A stretch of DNA of 63,305 nt, counting the filler, from Pseudomonadota bacterium (GTDB taxonomy: Bacteria > Desulfobacterota > Desulfobacteria > Desulfobacterales > JBDRRP01), in assembly GCA_043825735.1 (NCBI GenBank). It is 4 parts of 4 records of this genome, joined end to end, with 100 filler letters (N's around TTAATTAATTAA, not from the genome) between each part and the next. Parts side by side here need not be neighbours in the genome. Positions count along the whole stretch, not along the records: positions 1 to 29,604 come from JBDRRP010000081.1; 3 more parts are not named here. The stretch is one strand, 5' to 3'. Position 1 is the first letter of the stretch. Each line of letters begins with the position of its first letter. This document shows, one piece after another, positions 1-9,458 of this stretch. Position numbers and translations under genes: made by a program. The notes beneath the pieces were generated by a model, which made no database searches, was not told the origin of the DNA, and saw only the letters and a list, made by a program, of their open reading frames with translations.

Positions 1-138
1 GCCAGGAATGCGCTAAAAAATATTACCCCGGGATGAATATTTATGGCAGTGAACAAACCCAAGAATGATTATCCTATGCGCCAACCTTCACTGGCCATGG
101 AAAGATCCACCATACCACTGGCGGCTTCACCGACATCA

Positions 139-1608
139 CTACAGCGCCGCCAGAACGCTGCACAGCAGCCGCACACCGAACCCGGTGCCGCCGGCAGGGC
201 CGTAGGCCGAGGGCTTTTTTAAATAGGCCGGGCCGGCGATGTCCACGTGGGCCCAGCAGGTCTCTCCCACGAAACTCTTGAGAAAAAGCGCAGCGGTGAT
301 GGCCCCGCCATAGCGGGTGCTGCTCATGTTGTTGATATCGGCCAGTTCGCTCTTTAGCAGCTCCGCGTAGTCTTCGGGAAGCGGCATGCGCCAGCAGCGT
401 TCTCCCGTGGCAGCCGCGGCATCGAGAAGCAGCGTGGCCAGATCGTCTACAGGAGTAAAGACACCGGCCAGTTTTTCTCCCAGGGCCACCACGCAGGCGC
501 CCGTGAGCGTTGCAAGATCAATAACGGCGTCGGGGCGGTACGTGTCAATGGCCCAGGCCAGCGCGTCGGCCAGGACCAGGCGGCCTTCGGCATCGGTGTT
601 CCCGACCTCCACGGTCTTGCCGGCATAGGTGCGGATGATATCGCCGGGGCGCAGCGCGCTGCCCGAGGGCATGTTTTCCACCAGCGGCATCACGCCCACC
701 ACCCGGTGCTTAGGCTTGAGCGCGGCCACCGCCAGCAGGGTGCCCGCAACGGCTGCCGCGCCGGCCATGTCCGATTTCATCTCATCAAGCCCTGTGGACG
801 GTTTCAGGTTGATCCCACCCGAATCGAAGGTGATCCCCTTTCCCACCAGAGCGATGGTTTTGGCGGGTTTTTTCGGAGCGTACTCCAGCACCAGCAGCCG
901 GGACGGGTTGTGACTGCCGGCGCCCACGGCCAAAATAGCGCCAAAGCCCTTGCTCTTGAGGGTTTTTTCAGTAAAAGTCGTCACTTTGAGGCCCGCTTTC
1001 CGGGCAGCGTCGGCCATCATATCGGCCAGGTCTCCGGGGGTCTTGTCGTTGGACGGCAGACTCACCCATTCCCGGGCCTGCCGGGCGCCGCCGACGATGG
1101 CGCTTATCCGGGCAAGCCGCTTTCGAAGACGCGCGGCCGCGCCCCCGCCGGCCATGATCCCCAACGAGCTGAGGGGGGCGGTTTTTTTCTCTTTTTTATA
1201 ACGGTCCAGAACGTGATTTGCCAGCGCAGCCCCTTCGGACGTTGCATCAAAAACCGTATCCCGATCGATGCCATTCGGCGGCTGGTCGGAAACCGCCATT
1301 ATCGCAGTCGAAAGATTGGCGGCCATGGCCTGTTTGACCGCAGTGCCTGCGGCGATACGGAAGGATTCTGCACTCAAGGCGCCGGCTTTACCCATACCGA
1401 TGAACAACACCCTCGGAAACCGGACGCCGGAGTTCCCGTAAAGCATCAGGGCATCTTTGTTGCTTCCCTTGAAATCCCCCGTAGCGCGAGCGGCATCGAT
1501 AAGCGCGATGACGGTTGTGGCCCTGTACAGGGCATGGTCTTCACAGACCGGGATGACCAGCAGATCGCCGTCAATGTCTTCTACGGACGATGTGATAAGC
1601 TTCAGCAT
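139..1608 (-). CDS. pepA: Leucyl aminopeptidase (M17 family)
   Basis: Motifs VGKGITFDSGG, MKSDMAG, NTDAEGRL, DLATLTGA; ATG at 1608 preceded by a GAGGAG RBS. Confidence 0.95.
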   Translation of the reverse strand: MLKLITSSVEDIDGDLLVIPVCEDHALYRATTVIALIDAARATGDFKGSNKDALMLYGNSGVRFPRVLFIGMGKAGALSAESFRIAAGTAVKQAMAANLSTAIMAVSDQPPNGIDRDTVFDATSEGAALANHVLDRYKKEKKTAPLSSLGIMAGGGAAARLRKRLARISAIVGGARQAREWVSLPSNDKTPGDLADMMADAARKAGLKVTTFTEKTLKSKGFGAILAVGAGSHNPSRLLVLEYAPKKPAKTIALVGKGITFDSGGINLKPSTGLDEMKSDMAGAAAVAGTLLAVAALKPKHRVVGVMPLVENMPSGSALRPGDIIRTYAGKTVEVGNTDAEGRLVLADALAWAIDTYRPDAVIDLATLTGACVVALGEKLAGVFTPVDDLATLLLDAAAATGERCWRMPLPEDYAELLKSELADINNMSSTRYGGAITAALFLKSFVGETCWAHVDIAGPAYLKKPSAYGPAGGTGFGVRLLCSVLAAL

Positions 1609-1763
1609 GATGGGCTCCTCTCTCCTCCGTCTCAACATATCCGGATGCGGCGGCCAACGAGGCCATGAATCAAGGATTCGCTGGGGATCTGGCGCGAAAA
1701 TATAAGGGTGGGATTACCGGTGTCAAATAATGCCCGGTTGAAGACGCTAAGACGCCGTGACAA

Positions 1764-2366
1764 CTATTTTGCCGAAATGACCGCCTTCCAAACGGCTTCC
1801 GTGTCCGGCACGGGTATTTTTTGCACATCAAACAGTGGGGCTGTGGCGGCAAGGTGGTACAGGCTGAGGGCGCCATCGATCTCCGCCACCAGCTGATCGG
1901 TAGTGGTTACGGTGAAGGTCCGGACCAGTTTTAAATCATCGGTCGCCTTGGCACAAAGAAAATTCAGACGCTGGACACCGGCCTCGTAGAATGCGCCGCG
2001 CTCGCTGAGCGCCGCCAGATAGCCATCCAGCCGCCCCACCAGCTTCAAATTATTCTCGATACGCGGTGAATGCAGCGCCTGTTTGAGTGAGGTGGCATGG
2101 ATGCGACGCATTTCGACGACGATTTCATCGGCATAGGTCTCTCGCTCTGACGTCAACCGGCGGCGCAGTTGGTCGGCCTGTTGCTGCTGCCGGGCGACCT
2201 TGTCGGCCATGATCTGAATACTGTCAATTTTCTGCTGGAGCAGATAGCCCGCATCGCCGGCGCCTTCTGCCGACAGCGCCTCATGTACCAGGCATAGCAA
2301 TATCAGCACCACGATGAAAATCCATACCGGATACGGTGTCGGTTGGCTCAGGTCGTTGTCATTCAA
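1764..2366 (-). CDS. Hypothetical exported or membrane-anchored coiled-coil protein, paralogous to the extracytoplasmic part of the adjacent 692-aa protein
   Basis: 200-aa ORF with an N-terminal hydrophobic segment (VWIFIVVLILLCLV) and a helical body that aligns by eye with 2389..4467. Confidence 0.7.
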   Translation of the reverse strand: MNDNDLSQPTPYPVWIFIVVLILLCLVHEALSAEGAGDAGYLLQQKIDSIQIMADKVARQQQQADQLRRRLTSERETYADEIVVEMRRIHATSLKQALHSPRIENNLKLVGRLDGYLAALSERGAFYEAGVQRLNFLCAKATDDLKLVRTFTVTTTDQLVAEIDGALSLYHLAATAPLFDVQKIPVPDTEAVWKAVISAK

Positions 2367-2388
2367 AGCATGCTCCTTTCCGCGGGGA

Positions 2389-4467
2389 TCACTGTTTGCG
2401 GTAGAATTTTTCCGGCACGAACAGCCGGCCGCCGGCGCGCTTCCAGTGGGCGATCGCCTTGGCCATGGGCAGGTTGAGACGCTCCAGCCCCATCAGCTCC
2501 ATCTCTTTTCCGGGCCAGTTGGCCACTGCTTCGGCAGCCCCGTCGGGCAGTTGCCGAAGCCCGTTCAACGACAGGCGTGTGCCCGGCCACTGGAAAAGGG
2601 CTTGCGTGGCGGCCACCGACAGCGTGTCAATGCGGTTCATGGCGAGCCACTGCCCCTTCCAAACGCTCAGCGCGGCGGCTTCCTGGGGGTTCAACTGCCG
2701 GAGGCGGTTTAAGAAAAGCTCCGATCCCTGCCAGCCGGCCAGACACGCGGCTGCCGCAGCAGACAGGGCGGTGAGCTGGTATTTGTCTCCGAAGTCCCCT
2801 TCGCAAAGCGCGTTCCAGATGCGGGCGTCATCATCGGCCCCCGTTTTCGCAGTGGTGACAGCGCCGGCGGCTGCCGGCGCTGCCGCGCTGCCGGCACTGC
2901 CCATCCTGGCCACAATACGCTGCCAAATGGTTTCCAGCGAGGCATCCGGCTTGCCTTCGGCCGTTTCCAGCTGCAGTACGTCTGCCACAGGATGGGCCGC
3001 AAGGGCGGCATCCATCTGCTGGCCGATCACGGTGGAATCGATGCCCTCGGCAAGGCCCACCAGCAGAAGGTTCACGGAGGCCAGGCGTTTGGCATAGAGC
3101 ATCGCCTCGCTGCCGTCGTGAAGACGCTGGACCGGTGTCTCCAGTTTTTTGATATAATCCAGGCGCCGCTGGATGGTGCGCAAGCCGTAATCGATGGCTT
3201 TCACCGCTGTGGCCTCCGGATAACGCTTGACGCCGAGCGCCTGGGCTTCGCGGACGATATCGGCTTCAATTTCCCGGATCCCGGCTTCGTATTCGCCGCG
3301 CAGTTGAAGAATCTCATTTTGTTTCTCTATCATGGCCTGGCGCGCGGCATCTATCCGTGCAAATCGGCCATCCAGGCTTTCCTGCAGGGACGGCGCAACC
3401 TGAGAGGCATTATTCGGCAACGGTGCGGGTTCGCTCGCGGACTGCTGCGGCTGCGCCCCTGCCGACTTAGCGGCCTCGGACGGCAGGTCGGCGGCCCGCT
3501 GCCGGGCGTCGAAGGCGCGGTATCCCGCCGCCCCGCCGATGGCGGCGGCAATGAGGACCGCCGCGCTAATGAGATACCGGGGCCAAAAACGCGTGGTGCG
3601 CTTCTCATCGAGCGCCACAGCGCGTCGCCGGACCTTCCGACGCTCCAGCCGCAATTCCAGGGCGGCCTCGGACGGCAAGGCTTCAGGCGCCGGTGCCACC
3701 ACCGCTTCGGGTGCGGTCTCGAGGGCGCCATTTTCGTCTTGCCCCGAGATTTCCTGTGCCACAGGTTCCGTGACAGGCGCTTCAGGCTCCGCTGCCGGGG
3801 TTGCCAGTGCCGGTTTCGGTGCGCGATCTTCGTACCCGTCAAGATCGATCTCGTCGTCATCAAGCGCATCGAAGTCTTCCAGCGGATTCTGAGCAGTTTG
3901 AGATGCGAGGTCTTCCACCAGCCCGGCGCCGGCTTCATCGGTATCGGTCACCGGGGCCTCCGCCATCAGCGCCGATGCGCCATTGACGCCGGGTGCCGGT
4001 TCGGGGTCACTCGCCGGCACGGCTTCCTCAGCTGTCATTTCGACCTCGGTTGCCGGGCCCGTGCCCTGATCAGCCGCCGTGTGGCTTTCTTCCTGCAATT
4101 CGGCGATGAGGCGGTCCATTTTTTCCTGGTCGGAGAGCTCGGCCGCCGGGATGTCCGCGGCGGCAGTATCCTCGGCGGAAGGCGTCGGGGCCAGTTCGGC
4201 CTCATCCGCGCTGTCCCCCCCGGCCAGGAGCCTGTCGATCTCGCTTTGCCCCATGGGACTATCGCCCGATCCATTCGCATCGGCTCTTTTCTTGGCCGAC
4301 GGTTTCGGTTCGGGAGCTGCCGTCGCCGCGTTCTGGAACTCGGCAAGCAAGGCATCGATGTCGTTCTGATCGACCGCGCCGCCAGTCTCCGGGCTGCTGT
4401 CATCGCCTTCAAGTTCAGCGGCCAGGCGATCCAATTTGTCGTTTTCAGAAAGGGCTGCCATGGGCAA
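2389..4467 (-). CDS. Hypothetical single-pass membrane protein: acidic disordered N-terminus, coiled-coil region and C-terminal LRR-like repeats
   Basis: 692-aa ORF; TM segment YLISAAVLIAAAIGG; C-terminal repeats of the form LxxWxGxxLxLNxLxxL. Confidence 0.75.
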   Translation of the reverse strand: MPMAALSENDKLDRLAAELEGDDSSPETGGAVDQNDIDALLAEFQNAATAAPEPKPSAKKRADANGSGDSPMGQSEIDRLLAGGDSADEAELAPTPSAEDTAAADIPAAELSDQEKMDRLIAELQEESHTAADQGTGPATEVEMTAEEAVPASDPEPAPGVNGASALMAEAPVTDTDEAGAGLVEDLASQTAQNPLEDFDALDDDEIDLDGYEDRAPKPALATPAAEPEAPVTEPVAQEISGQDENGALETAPEAVVAPAPEALPSEAALELRLERRKVRRRAVALDEKRTTRFWPRYLISAAVLIAAAIGGAAGYRAFDARQRAADLPSEAAKSAGAQPQQSASEPAPLPNNASQVAPSLQESLDGRFARIDAARQAMIEKQNEILQLRGEYEAGIREIEADIVREAQALGVKRYPEATAVKAIDYGLRTIQRRLDYIKKLETPVQRLHDGSEAMLYAKRLASVNLLLVGLAEGIDSTVIGQQMDAALAAHPVADVLQLETAEGKPDASLETIWQRIVARMGSAGSAAAPAAAGAVTTAKTGADDDARIWNALCEGDFGDKYQLTALSAAAAACLAGWQGSELFLNRLRQLNPQEAAALSVWKGQWLAMNRIDTLSVAATQALFQWPGTRLSLNGLRQLPDGAAEAVANWPGKEMELMGLERLNLPMAKAIAHWKRAGGRLFVPEKFYRKQ

Positions 4468-4747
4468 TCAATCCATTTTCCAGGGTACACGCGCCGGCGG
4501 TATCCGGTAGCTTCCGGTCAACCGGTGCGGTGGTTCTTACCCCGTTCATCGGCATGTTGGCAGAAAACTTGATGCGAAAATTATCAAAACGCGTATATAA
4601 ACGGGAAGATGCATTCTGAACCCAGATGTCGGTGCACTCAGGCCCGGCAGCCGCGGTTACGGCATTGACCCCGGTGGCCATCACCGCTGCGGGGCACCCG
4701 ACACAAAAACCCACTGCGAGGCTGCACCGCCGCAGAAGGAACAGTCC

Positions 4748-5665
4748 ATGCGAATTGTTTCCCGGCCCGATTTTGACGGAATTGTATGCGCCGTGCTGCT
4801 TTTTGAGGCGCTGGACATTCAGAAGCCAGTGTTCTGGGTGGAACCGGGGGACCTGCAAAATGGGCGCATCGCCATAAAGGCAGGAGACGTGATCGCCAAC
4901 CTGCCCTATCATCCGAGCTGCCGGATGTGGTTTGATCACCACATCTCCAATCGCCCGGACACCGCATTTGACGGCGCCTTTGCCATCAAACCCTCTGCCG
5001 CGCGTGTAATCTACGATCATTTTTCAGAACGGCTCCATCCCCGGTTTGACGCGCTGGTGTCGGCCGCCGACAAAATTGACGCGGCCGCACTGAACCAGGA
5101 GGAAGTCCTGCATCCGGAGCGCTTTCCGATCGTATTGGTGTCCATGACCGTCACCGGACAGGACACCGAGGGCGCCCCGTACTGGGATCACCTGGTGACG
5201 CTTTTGCGCAGACACGCCATCCCCGCCGTTCACAACGACCCCTGGGTGGCCGATCGCTGCCAGCGGGCAACCCAGCAAAACGAGGCGTACCAGAAATTGC
5301 TGGCCACCCACACCCGGGTGGACGGCCACGTGTCCATCATCGACTTCAGAAATAGGACGCCGGCGCCGATCGGCAACCGGTTTCTGGTGTATTGCCTGTT
5401 TCCGGAAACCATCGTAAACGTCAAAATCAGGCGTGACGACGCCCAGCCCGACAGGCTCATCGTCAGCGTTGGGCACAGCATCTTCAATCGGCAGTGCCGG
5501 GTGAACGTGGGCAGGCTCATGCAGCGTTTTCAGGGCGGAGGGCACCGGGGGGCCGGCGCCTGCAACTTTCAGGAAAGCCGCGAAAAGGACATCCTTCCGG
5601 AAATCATCTCGGTGCTCAAGGAAAACAAGGACATCGATCCGGTCAGCGGGGACACTGCGAAATAA
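4748..5665 (+). CDS. DHH-superfamily phosphoesterase (exopolyphosphatase-like)
   Basis: RPDFDG, FDHH and GGGH motifs. Confidence 0.85.
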   Translation: MRIVSRPDFDGIVCAVLLFEALDIQKPVFWVEPGDLQNGRIAIKAGDVIANLPYHPSCRMWFDHHISNRPDTAFDGAFAIKPSAARVIYDHFSERLHPRFDALVSAADKIDAAALNQEEVLHPERFPIVLVSMTVTGQDTEGAPYWDHLVTLLRRHAIPAVHNDPWVADRCQRATQQNEAYQKLLATHTRVDGHVSIIDFRNRTPAPIGNRFLVYCLFPETIVNVKIRRDDAQPDRLIVSVGHSIFNRQCRVNVGRLMQRFQGGGHRGAGACNFQESREKDILPEIISVLKENKDIDPVSGDTAK

Positions 5666-5739
5666 CCCGGACGGTTTCATGGCAGCTCACGATGGCCCTC
5701 CGGCCCCGGCATCCCCAAATCTCGGCGGCTTCGGTTTCC

Positions 5740-5766
5740 TTTGGTCCTTTCGGTCCTTTTGGTCCC
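5740..5766. repeat. Three tandem 9-bp repeats (ttyggtccy) between convergent genes
   Basis: tttggtcct ttcggtcct tttggtccc read directly. Confidence 0.7.
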
Positions 5767-5794
5767 TGTTGCCCGTAGCCCCTGCGATACTGCC

Positions 5795-6307
5795 TTACCG
5801 CTCTGACGCATACGGCGCCCAGTCGCCCTTGCGCAGGTTTTCTACCTTGAAAATCCCCACTTCGTTGTTGAGCGTGTGAAATACCACTTTCCGGCCACGG
5901 CTTCCCCCCGTATCCTCGGATACGATCCGAATGCGGTTTCTCACCAGCACCTTGCGGGCCACCCACACGTTTTTTCGTCCGATGTCCTCGCTGGAAATGT
6001 CCGGGTTATAGGCTCCGCCGATGATTTGCGCCTCCAGGTGTTTGGGGTCCGTCCCGTTGCCGGTCATCATGTTGATCAGCGCCAGGGTCGCCACGTTGCC
6101 GTAGTCGGCCGTGGCCTTTTCCCGCTCCCGGGTGATGGGAAAGCGGAAATGGTTCATGCCGCCCGACTTCCGCTTCCTGTCAAAAATGCACACACTGACA
6201 CAGGAGCCCAGCACCGTGGATATGACGGTCGGCGTGTCCGGCAGATAAATATAGCCGGGCTGAAGAAAGTACTTGCTCGGTTCCGCGAGATCTGTTGATT
6301 GCGCCAC
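5795..6307 (-). CDS. cheD: Chemoreceptor glutamine deamidase CheD
   Basis: TVLGSCVSV, GGMNHF, IGRKNV, EDTGGSRGRKVVF motifs. Confidence 0.92.
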   Translation of the reverse strand: MAQSTDLAEPSKYFLQPGYIYLPDTPTVISTVLGSCVSVCIFDRKRKSGGMNHFRFPITREREKATADYGNVATLALINMMTGNGTDPKHLEAQIIGGAYNPDISSEDIGRKNVWVARKVLVRNRIRIVSEDTGGSRGRKVVFHTLNNEVGIFKVENLRKGDWAPYASER

Positions 6308-6511
6308 TGTCAGCCTACCATTCGCAATGCGCCGCTGCCGCGGCGCATCTGTAGATGTTTTTATTTTAAATGTACCCGCTTATCAAACGAAGTGTTTGCA
6401 AATTGCGCGCCATAGAAGAATCGCCGTGAAACCGGATGCCAGCCCCGTTGACTGCCCGGGCGCCAGTGCATTCATCTTGCAATCGGCGCGCATCTACGAT
6501 ATGTGGCTCGC

Positions 6512-6898
6512 ATGAAGAAACAAGATAAGATCATCACGTTTCTGGGTAAAAATACACGGTTCGAAGGGCGCCTGACCTTTCAAGGCGCCATCCGGATTGA
6601 CGGCGCCTTTGTCGGAGAAATTGACGCTCCGGAGGGCAACCTCATCATCGGTGAAGGTGCCCAGGTGGAATCGGAGATCCACGTCGCCTCCGTGATCATC
6701 AGCGGGGAAGTCCGCGGCAACATCATCGCCGACCACAAAATCGAAGTTCTCGTGCCGGGAAAAGTGACGGGAAATATCCAGGCCCCCACCGTCATGGTGC
6801 AGGAGGGGGTCGTGTTTTCGGGAAATTGCAAGACCCTGCCGCCCGAAAACACGAAAAAGGGCAAACTGGCACTGGTCTGCGAGGCGCAGACGTCCTGA
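6512..6898 (+). CDS. Bactofilin (polymer-forming cytoskeletal protein, CcmA-like)
   Basis: Beta-helix repeats such as IRIDGAFVGEI, SVIISGEVRGNI, GKVTGNIQA, EGVVFSGNC. Confidence 0.92.
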   Translation: MKKQDKIITFLGKNTRFEGRLTFQGAIRIDGAFVGEIDAPEGNLIIGEGAQVESEIHVASVIISGEVRGNIIADHKIEVLVPGKVTGNIQAPTVMVQEGVVFSGNCKTLPPENTKKGKLALVCEAQTS

Positions 6899-7008
6899 TC
6901 CGCGACTGCTTTCGTCAAAATCCATCGGGCGGCCATTGGCCGCCCGTTTTTTATTTGACCGTGGTGATGTGACGTTAGGATTGACAACCCTGTAAAAAGT
7001 CTGAAATC

Positions 7009-7034
7009 ACCGCAGAGAGCGCAGAGAGCGCAGA
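7009..7034. repeat. 9-bp tandem repeat (cgcagagag)n
   Basis: accgcagagagcgcagagagcgcaga read directly. Confidence 0.6.
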
Positions 7035-7087
7035 TTCGAATAACAGGATATCACAAGAAAGTGGTAAGTTCCGGATGATAGCAGTTA

Positions 7088-9088
7088 TCAGGGGGACAAA
7101 AACACCCGCAGAATATCTTTTCTCGGATTGACGTACTGGATGGTGGCCTGCACCGTTTCGCCCGGTTTGAGTGAGACCCCGTCGGAGGCGCTCAGAGCGC
7201 ATTCCAGCAGATATTCCTTGAGCAGCACCTGGTAGCCGTTGCGTTTGCGGCCCAGCACGAGCGCCTCCTCCTTGGTGCCGATGCGCGCCGCCAGATACTT
7301 CAGGAGCCAGTAGCGGTTCCGGTTGCGCTGAATGAGCGCCACCTGCCCGATGGGCCCTTCCAGATCCCGGATCAGTGCCGCCATCTCCGATTCCGATGTG
7401 GGTTTCTCGTGGCCCACCATCGCCCGCAGCTGCCGCTGCGTGGCCAGGTCCACGTATTTGCGAATCGGAGAAGTGGCCGTCAGATAGGCGTCCAGCCCCA
7501 GTCCGTGGTGGCGCTGAGCGCCGGTATTGAGGGCAAAACGGCTCAGCAGCCGCCGCTGCATCCAGTGCTGGAAAAGGGTGCCGTTGCCGTCCTTGAGGAC
7601 CAATTCTCTCGGTTTGGACTGGGAGCGGAATACCGCCGGCAGTCCTTTTTCGGAAAGCTGCTTGGCCAGAAGCCAGTTGGCCATGATCATGATTTCACTC
7701 ACCAGCATTCGCCCGGGGCTCTCCCGGTTGATGCGGCTGACGCAGATTTCCCCTTCCGGATCGAACCAGATGTTGATGTCGGGCAACACGATGGGAACCG
7801 CCCCCCACTCAAGGCGGCTGTTGCGAAAGTGCTGGGCGATGCCTTTGAGCAGGATGATGTCACGGTTGTCGTCTGCCATGAGGTTCACCTCATAGTAGGT
7901 GAACTGGTGCACCACTCGGACCCAGCTGGGGATCACCGCGGTGCCCATGACGTCGAACTGCTGATTGAGCCGGATCATCAGACTCAGGGCCGGCCGATAC
8001 TCCCCGGCCTTCAGACTGCACAGGCCTTCGGAAAGTCCGCCGGGGAGCATGGGAATTTTCCGGTCCGGCGTGTAAATCGAGCTGCAGCGCCGCCGCGCGG
8101 CAAGGTCGATGGGATCTCCTTTTTTGATAAAGTGCCCCACGTCTGAAATGTGCACCCCCAGCCGGTAATGATCGCCTCGGTCCTCGATGCTCAGTGCATC
8201 GTCAAAATCCTGGGTCGCCTGACCGTCGATGGTCATCAGGGGAAGCATGGTGAGGTCCTGCCGCCGCGGGTTGGCCGCGAGCCGCTCGGGATGGCGGATG
8301 AGGTCCTCGCTGCGCTTCAGCGCCGCCTCCGGAAATGTGAGCGGCACATCGCGTTTGAGCAGGTCGATATTCTCGTTGGGGTCGAAAACACCCAGCCGGA
8401 CCAGCAGGGAAAAGATGCCGTCCACGCCGTCCAGGCCCACATCGGCGATAATGGCCTTGACCAACGTGTAGTGGGGGCTGTCTTTTTCGTGAAGGGTTAC
8501 AGAAACCAGTGCATCCACCAGGGGGCGCCACTGGGCCACCTCGGCGGCCGACGGCTGGCGATGATCATGGGCCAGGATGTCCTTGAGCCAGGCCGCCCCG
8601 TCGCGGATCAACTGCGCTTTGCGGGCCCTTTCGGCCTTGCTGTCGATCCGCTCCTGCACCTGATGCGCCGTGAGGGGGAGAAACCGGTCGTGGCTGAACT
8701 TGAAGTAGCTCCTGTCTTTAAACAAGGCCCGTATCACCGCGGATTCGCAGTCGCTGTTGCCGCCTTCCGGAAAGCAGTGGCCGGTCATGGTCTCAAGATC
8801 AATCCAGTCCCGGCGCTCGTTGAGCGCCTGCCAGACCCGCTGGATATCCACCCGCTGGATGAGTGCATTGCGCCGCAGCGAGATTTCCTGAAGCCGGTGA
8901 ACCATGCGGACCCGCCCTTCGGCGAGATTCAGGCGGATCTTGCTGGTATGCGACAGCCGCTGCCGCGACAGGCTGATCTCACGGTCCATTTCGGTGAGCA
9001 GGCGCAACCGCTCGTCAGCGGTCTCCATGACCACGGCGCAGAGAATCTGCTGCTGATCAATATATTCAACAACGTGTCCGGTTTCCAT
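7088..9088 (-). CDS. RNase II/RNase R family (RNB domain) exoribonuclease
   Basis: TIDGQATQDFDDA, HISDV, ATSPIRKYVDL motifs; start placed at the first ATG (METGHVV). Confidence 0.9.
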   Translation of the reverse strand: METGHVVEYIDQQQILCAVVMETADERLRLLTEMDREISLSRQRLSHTSKIRLNLAEGRVRMVHRLQEISLRRNALIQRVDIQRVWQALNERRDWIDLETMTGHCFPEGGNSDCESAVIRALFKDRSYFKFSHDRFLPLTAHQVQERIDSKAERARKAQLIRDGAAWLKDILAHDHRQPSAAEVAQWRPLVDALVSVTLHEKDSPHYTLVKAIIADVGLDGVDGIFSLLVRLGVFDPNENIDLLKRDVPLTFPEAALKRSEDLIRHPERLAANPRRQDLTMLPLMTIDGQATQDFDDALSIEDRGDHYRLGVHISDVGHFIKKGDPIDLAARRRCSSIYTPDRKIPMLPGGLSEGLCSLKAGEYRPALSLMIRLNQQFDVMGTAVIPSWVRVVHQFTYYEVNLMADDNRDIILLKGIAQHFRNSRLEWGAVPIVLPDINIWFDPEGEICVSRINRESPGRMLVSEIMIMANWLLAKQLSEKGLPAVFRSQSKPRELVLKDGNGTLFQHWMQRRLLSRFALNTGAQRHHGLGLDAYLTATSPIRKYVDLATQRQLRAMVGHEKPTSESEMAALIRDLEGPIGQVALIQRNRNRYWLLKYLAARIGTKEEALVLGRKRNGYQVLLKEYLLECALSASDGVSLKPGETVQATIQYVNPRKDILRVFLSP

Positions 9089-9458
9089 AAGTTGCCAAAT
9101 TAACAATCATAATCGGGTAAGTCAACGCCGTCGGCAGGGGCGGCCGACAGGCCTTTGAATAGTGGCCCCCTCTCAAAATACTTAAAAATCATGACCGGGC
9201 ATCGGGTTTTTTTTTGCAGAATCATTCTTATCCTTTATCCCGGCGCCGGCGGGAGTACGCAGCCACATAACGGGCGAGGCCGAAAAAGAGAATGCCGGCA
9301 ACGCTGGTGGCAGGTTTGAAAATTTGGGTCTTCTCCCATTGAATTGGAAAAAAGGGTCCGAGGCTTGTCCGCCTATTCATCGACCCACTCTTTGGGAGAT
9401 GATCTCAAAAATTTTTATCACAGACAATACCGTCGTTTTTCCGCAACCGAAGGCAACA

